A stretch of DNA of 63,659 bases, filler included, from Octopus bimaculoides (lineage: Eukaryota): NCBI RefSeq assembly GCF_001194135.2. It is 4 parts of 4 records of this genome, joined end to end, with 100 filler letters (N's around TTAATTAATTAA, not from the genome) between each part and the next. Parts side by side here need not be neighbours in the genome. Positions count along the whole stretch, not along the records: positions 58,216 to 63,659 come from NC_069008.1; 3 more parts are not named here. The stretch is one strand, 5' to 3'. Below are positions 59,100 to 63,659 of this stretch, piece by piece (positions within the stretch are counted from its first letter, which is position 1; every line of letters begins with the position of its first letter). The position numbers were made by a program, and so were the translations under genes. A model generated the notes under the pieces. That model was given only the letters and a program-made list of their open reading frames with translations. It made no database searches and was not told where the DNA came from.

Positions 59100-60011
59100 A
59101 AGTGACAACTAGTCACTGATCTATAAATTAGAAAATTACTATTTGTAAATCTCACAATGAGAGATATTCAGCAACAGTACTTTGGAGTGAAGATTGTTNN
59201 NNNNNNNNNNNNNNNNNNNNNNNNNNNNNNNNNNNNNNNNNNNNNNNNNNNNNNNNNNNNNNNNNNNNNNNNNNNNNNNNNNNNNNNNNNNNNNNNNNNN
59301 NNNNNNNNNNNNNNNNNNNNNNNNNNNNNNNNNNNNNNNNNNNNNNNNNNNNNNNNNNNNNNNNNNNNNNNNNNNNNNNNNNNNNNNNNNNNNNNNNNNN
59401 NNNNNNNNNNNNNNNNNNNNNNNNNNNNNNNNNNNNNNNNNNNNNNNNNNNNNNNNNNNNNNNNNNNNNNNNNNNNNNNNNNNNNNNNNNNNNNNNNNNN
59501 NNNNNNNNNNNNNNNNNNNNNNNNNNNNNNNNNNNNNNNNNNNNNNNNNNNNNNNNNNNNNNNNNNNNNNNNNNNNNNNNNNNNNNNNNNNNNNNNNNNN
59601 NNNNNNNNNNNNNNNNNNNNNNNNNNNNNNNNNNNNNNNNNNNNNNNNNNNNNNNNNNNNNNNNNNNNNNNNNNNNNNNNNNNNNNNNNNNNNNNNNNNN
59701 NNNNNNNNNNNNNNNNNNNNNNNNNNNNNNNNNNNNNNNNNNNNNNNNNNNNNNNNNNNNNNNNNNNNNNNNNNNNNNNNNNNNNNNNNNNNNNNNNNNN
59801 NNNNNNNNNNNNNNNNNNNNNNNNNNNNNNNNNNNNNNNNNNNNNNNNNNNNNNNNNNNNNNNNNNNNNNNNNNNNNNNNNNNNNNNNNNNNNNNNNNNN
59901 NNNNNNNNNNNNNNNNNNNNNNNNNNNNNNNNNNNNNNNNNNNNNNNNNNNNNNNNNNNNNNNNNNNNNNNNNNNNNNNNNNNNNNNNNNNNNNNNNNNN
60001 NNNNNNNNNNN

Positions 60012-60545
60012 NCATGAACAACAACAACACCCTTTCAAACACCATACCATCACCGTTACCACCGCATCTCCACCACCACCACCACCACCACCACTATTTT
60101 TACTACTAAAACCACCACCACCACCGCCACTACCATCATCAACAACAACAACACCTTTTCAGACACCATACCATCACCACATCTCCTCCCACTACCATCA
60201 CCACCACCACCACCACAACCACTATTACAACCAACACTACCATCAACAACAGCACCCTTTCAAACATCATACCATCACCGTTACCCCCGCATCTCCACCA
60301 CCACCACCACCACCACTATTTTTACTACTAAAACCACTTTCCGTACTACCACCAGCACCACTATCAACAACAACACCCTTTCAGACACCATACCATCACC
60401 ATTACCACTACATTTCCACCACCACCACCACTACCATCATCAACAACAACAACACCTTTTCAGACACCATACCATCACCACATCTCCTCCCACTACCACC
60501 ACCACTACTACTCCTACTACCATCTACATCACCACCACCACCTCG
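60012..60545. repeat. CAC/CAT-rich minisatellite with ~220-bp tandem duplication
   Basis: cccctttcaaacaccataccatcaccgttacc...ctatttttactactaaaacc occurs twice; cttt(t)cagacaccataccatcacca three times. Confidence 0.85.
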
Positions 60546-61407
60546 ATGCTGGTGTAATATCCTTCCTTCAATGCATCGTTGTCCTCCATATTTGGTGCTT
60601 CTTTTATTCCCGTTCAGTGAATACACAGCCACCTGTATGGATCATTTCACAGCAATAGATAATAATTTCTTTAACTAAAATTGATTGATTAATAGATCGA
60701 TCAAANNNNNNNNNNNNNNNNNNNNNNNNNNNNNNNNNNNNNNNNNNNNNNNNNNNNNNNNNNNNNNNNNNNNNNNNNNNNNNNNNNNNNNNNNNNNNNN
60801 NNNNNNNNNNNNNNNNNNNNNNNNNNNNNNNNNNNNNNNNNNNNNNNNNNNNNNNNNNNNNNNNNNNNNNNNNNNNNNNNNNNNNNNNNNNNNNNNNNNN
60901 NNNNNNNNNNNNNNNNNNNNNNNNNNNNNNNNNNNNNNNNNNNNNNNNNNNNNNNNNNNNNNNNNNNNNNNNNNNNNNNNNNNNNNNNNNNNNNNNNNNN
61001 NNNNNNNNNNNNNNNNNNNNNNNNNNNNNNNNNNNNNNNNNNNNNNNNNNNNNNNNNNNNNNNNNNNNNNNNNNNNNNNNNNNNNNNNNNNNNNNNNNNN
61101 NNNNNNNNNNNNNNNNNNNNNNNNNNNNNNNNNNNNNNNNNNNNNNNNNNNNNNNNNNNNNNNNNNNNNNNNNNNNNNNNNNNNNNNNNNNNNNNNNNNN
61201 NNNNNNNNNNNNNNNNNNNNNNNNNNNNNNNNNNNNNNNNNNNNNNNNNNNNNNNNNNNNNNNNNNNNNNNNNNNNNNNNNNNNNNNNNNNNNNNNNNNN
61301 NNNNNNNNNNNNNNNNNNNNNNNNNNNNNNNNNNNNNNNNNNNNNNNNNNNNNNNNNNNNNNNNNNNNNNNNNNNNNNNNNNNNNNNNNNNNNNNNNNNN
61401 NNNNNNN

Positions 61408-61408
<1 letters not shown>

Positions 61409-61463
<55 letters not shown>

Positions 61464-61681
61464 ATATATGTATATACACACAGATATATATACATATATA
61501 TATACACATATATATGCATGTATTTATATGCATATGTATATATTCATGTGCTTATATATATATGTAAATGCATAATTAAATATATGTGTGTATGCGTGCA
61601 CACACACACACGCACACATATACATATACATACATACAAACACAAACACTCACCATGCGTACATATACGCATATATACACG

Positions 61682-61738
<57 letters not shown>

Positions 61739-61960
61739 ATGAGTGCACGTATATGTGTATGTATACATACATACACATATATGTGTATGCATATGAGTGC
61801 ATTCTATATACATGTGGATAAATATATACACATATATATACATACACATATATACATAAATACGTATGTGTATAGTTATGCACACACATATACTACATAC
61901 ATAAACACATACATACTTAGTTGTGCATCTATAAACGTGTGTGTGTGTCTGTGTGTGTTT
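61409..61960. repeat. Compound (TA)n/(CA)n/(TG)n low-complexity tract
   Basis: Direct inspection. Confidence 0.95.
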
Positions 61961-63534
61961 AGAGTGTTGACATGGTACATTTATCAAATGCTATACGAAC
62001 GCTGTTTTGACAGACGGATGATGTTATGAGCGGGAGAAGACGGAGAGAAATTCCTACTGAAAATGTTAGCATAGGCGCTGGTAGTGAAGTATGTCTGCTG
62101 CTTCTCCTGTTGTTGTTGTTATTGCTTTAGCCATAGGCCTGTTTAACCACTTACGATCGTGGGTACCACGCACATATGATCATGTTGTGCTCCAGTCAGG
62201 GCGGTCGTGATTTTGCGTTTGCCAAGTTGCCCTACATTCTTTGTTGAGATTAGTAGGATGTGAGTTTTTTTTTGAGAGAGAGACACACAGACAGATTTGG
62301 GTGTTGTTTCTAGTATTTAGATATGGACATACGCATATACATGTATGCATATGTTTTTACATACACACAAACACAAATATATGTGTGTGTGTACACAATA
62401 TGTATATAGGTACATACATGTTTTTCATTCGTTTTATGCTTTTTGTCCTGACTGTGTTGTTCTGTCTGTCCTTGTGCTGTCCCCTCTATATTAAGGCCTG
62501 GGCGCCAAATAAAGAAAAGCAGTACGCATGCGCGTTTATAAGGTTTGGGAGAGTTCACTTGCTGTCCCACAGGGCCGTCAGGATTTCACCACAATAATCC
62601 TGTTAATAAATGTAGAGCTAAATTCATCCAATTAAGGCTATGTAATCATAAAGCAAACATCCAGAAGCATACATGCATATAGCAAACGCTTTTCTGATCT
62701 TTCACTTAATGCTAGAATATCTTGAAATATTGTAATAATATTGATTCAGTTCCATAACGGTTATAGCATGAAAGCTACTATAACTGTATCATGCTGTAGG
62801 GTTGACGTTTTAATTTTAAACACGACTCAAATTGTTATTTTTTAATTAAAGGAAAAGACAAATGTGTTTGGAAAGCCTTGTGGAGAATAATTTTCCGCTT
62901 TCTTGAATTTATAAATATTTTAATAGAAACCGATCATCTGATTAAACCTTCGCACAATAAATTAAAGCTTTCGAAAGACAAATGTCATAATGGCGATAAT
63001 ACAATCACAGCTAGTAAAAATTATATTATTATATCTGGAAAGGCTTCTGGGAATTGAAATGGTGAATTATGCTGGCAAAATATTTTTTCTAAAATACCAT
63101 ATCTTAAATAGATTTCAATTAAAAACGTCAATAGCTATGATTCCTAGGAAAGTGAAAAGAGACTAAAATTAAGGAAGTCTTTTGCGGCGTGTTTATACAT
63201 TTCAACTAAAAGGTGGATTATACCACAAATGTGCCTATTTTTCAGTGCTGAAAAAGTTGGTGCTGTACCTGTATATATAATTTGCATCATGTTCTGATGC
63301 CTAAGCATGCTCTGGGGATCACGATGTAGTCATCGGACCCATCAGATTCTGTCACATCGTCTCACCAATGTAAACATTGAAGACAGACATTAAAAAATGA
63401 AACTAAAATAAACACAACAAAATTATGTACATAGATAGATTTTATTTAATATAATACAACAAAAACAATTAAGTCACTTTGGTGGCTCCCTCTCTCTCTG
63501 TGCTTGTATATATATATATACATACATACACACA

Positions 63535-63580
<46 letters not shown>

Positions 63581-63612
63581 TATATATACATGCATGTGTG
63601 TGTATATATCTT

Positions 63613-63659
<47 letters not shown>

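Noticed and set aside
59139-60678. Longest ORFs in the track (up to 494 aa), and similar ones at 25.6, 49.5, 54, 55.5 and 60.7 kb
   Set aside because: They are open only because they run through N gaps; the Pro/His/Thr-rich part is a CAC minisatellite

Overview
AT-rich, gap-riddled animal genomic DNA with heavy microsatellite content. The SINE families look like those of an octopus (coleoid cephalopod); this is inferred from my recall of those repeats, not from a search. I cannot confidently identify any host protein-coding gene, so the window is probably intronic or intergenic. It contains many copies of 4-5 tRNA-derived SINE families, four decayed mariner remnants (one full-length with both TIRs), LINE fragments (CR1/L2-type RT, RTE, two R4/Dong-like RLE ends), a decayed Penelope-like element (RT plus GIY-YIG remnant), several MITE/fold-back elements and three synthetic 100-bp scaffold spacers. 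The most interesting signal is one the ORF track cannot show: type I hammerhead ribozyme (HHR) motifs from at least four apparently unrelated repeat families. These include a near-canonical monomeric HHR (56750-56810, minus), an HHR masked by a 37-bp cis-antisense fold-back (26873-27018), and a tRNA-headed (Pol III-type) element carrying a minimal dimer-type HHR (29300-29606; headless copies at ~9.9 kb and ~17.7 kb). HHRs in Penelope-like elements are known in general. The specific architectures here were read by eye and need testing.
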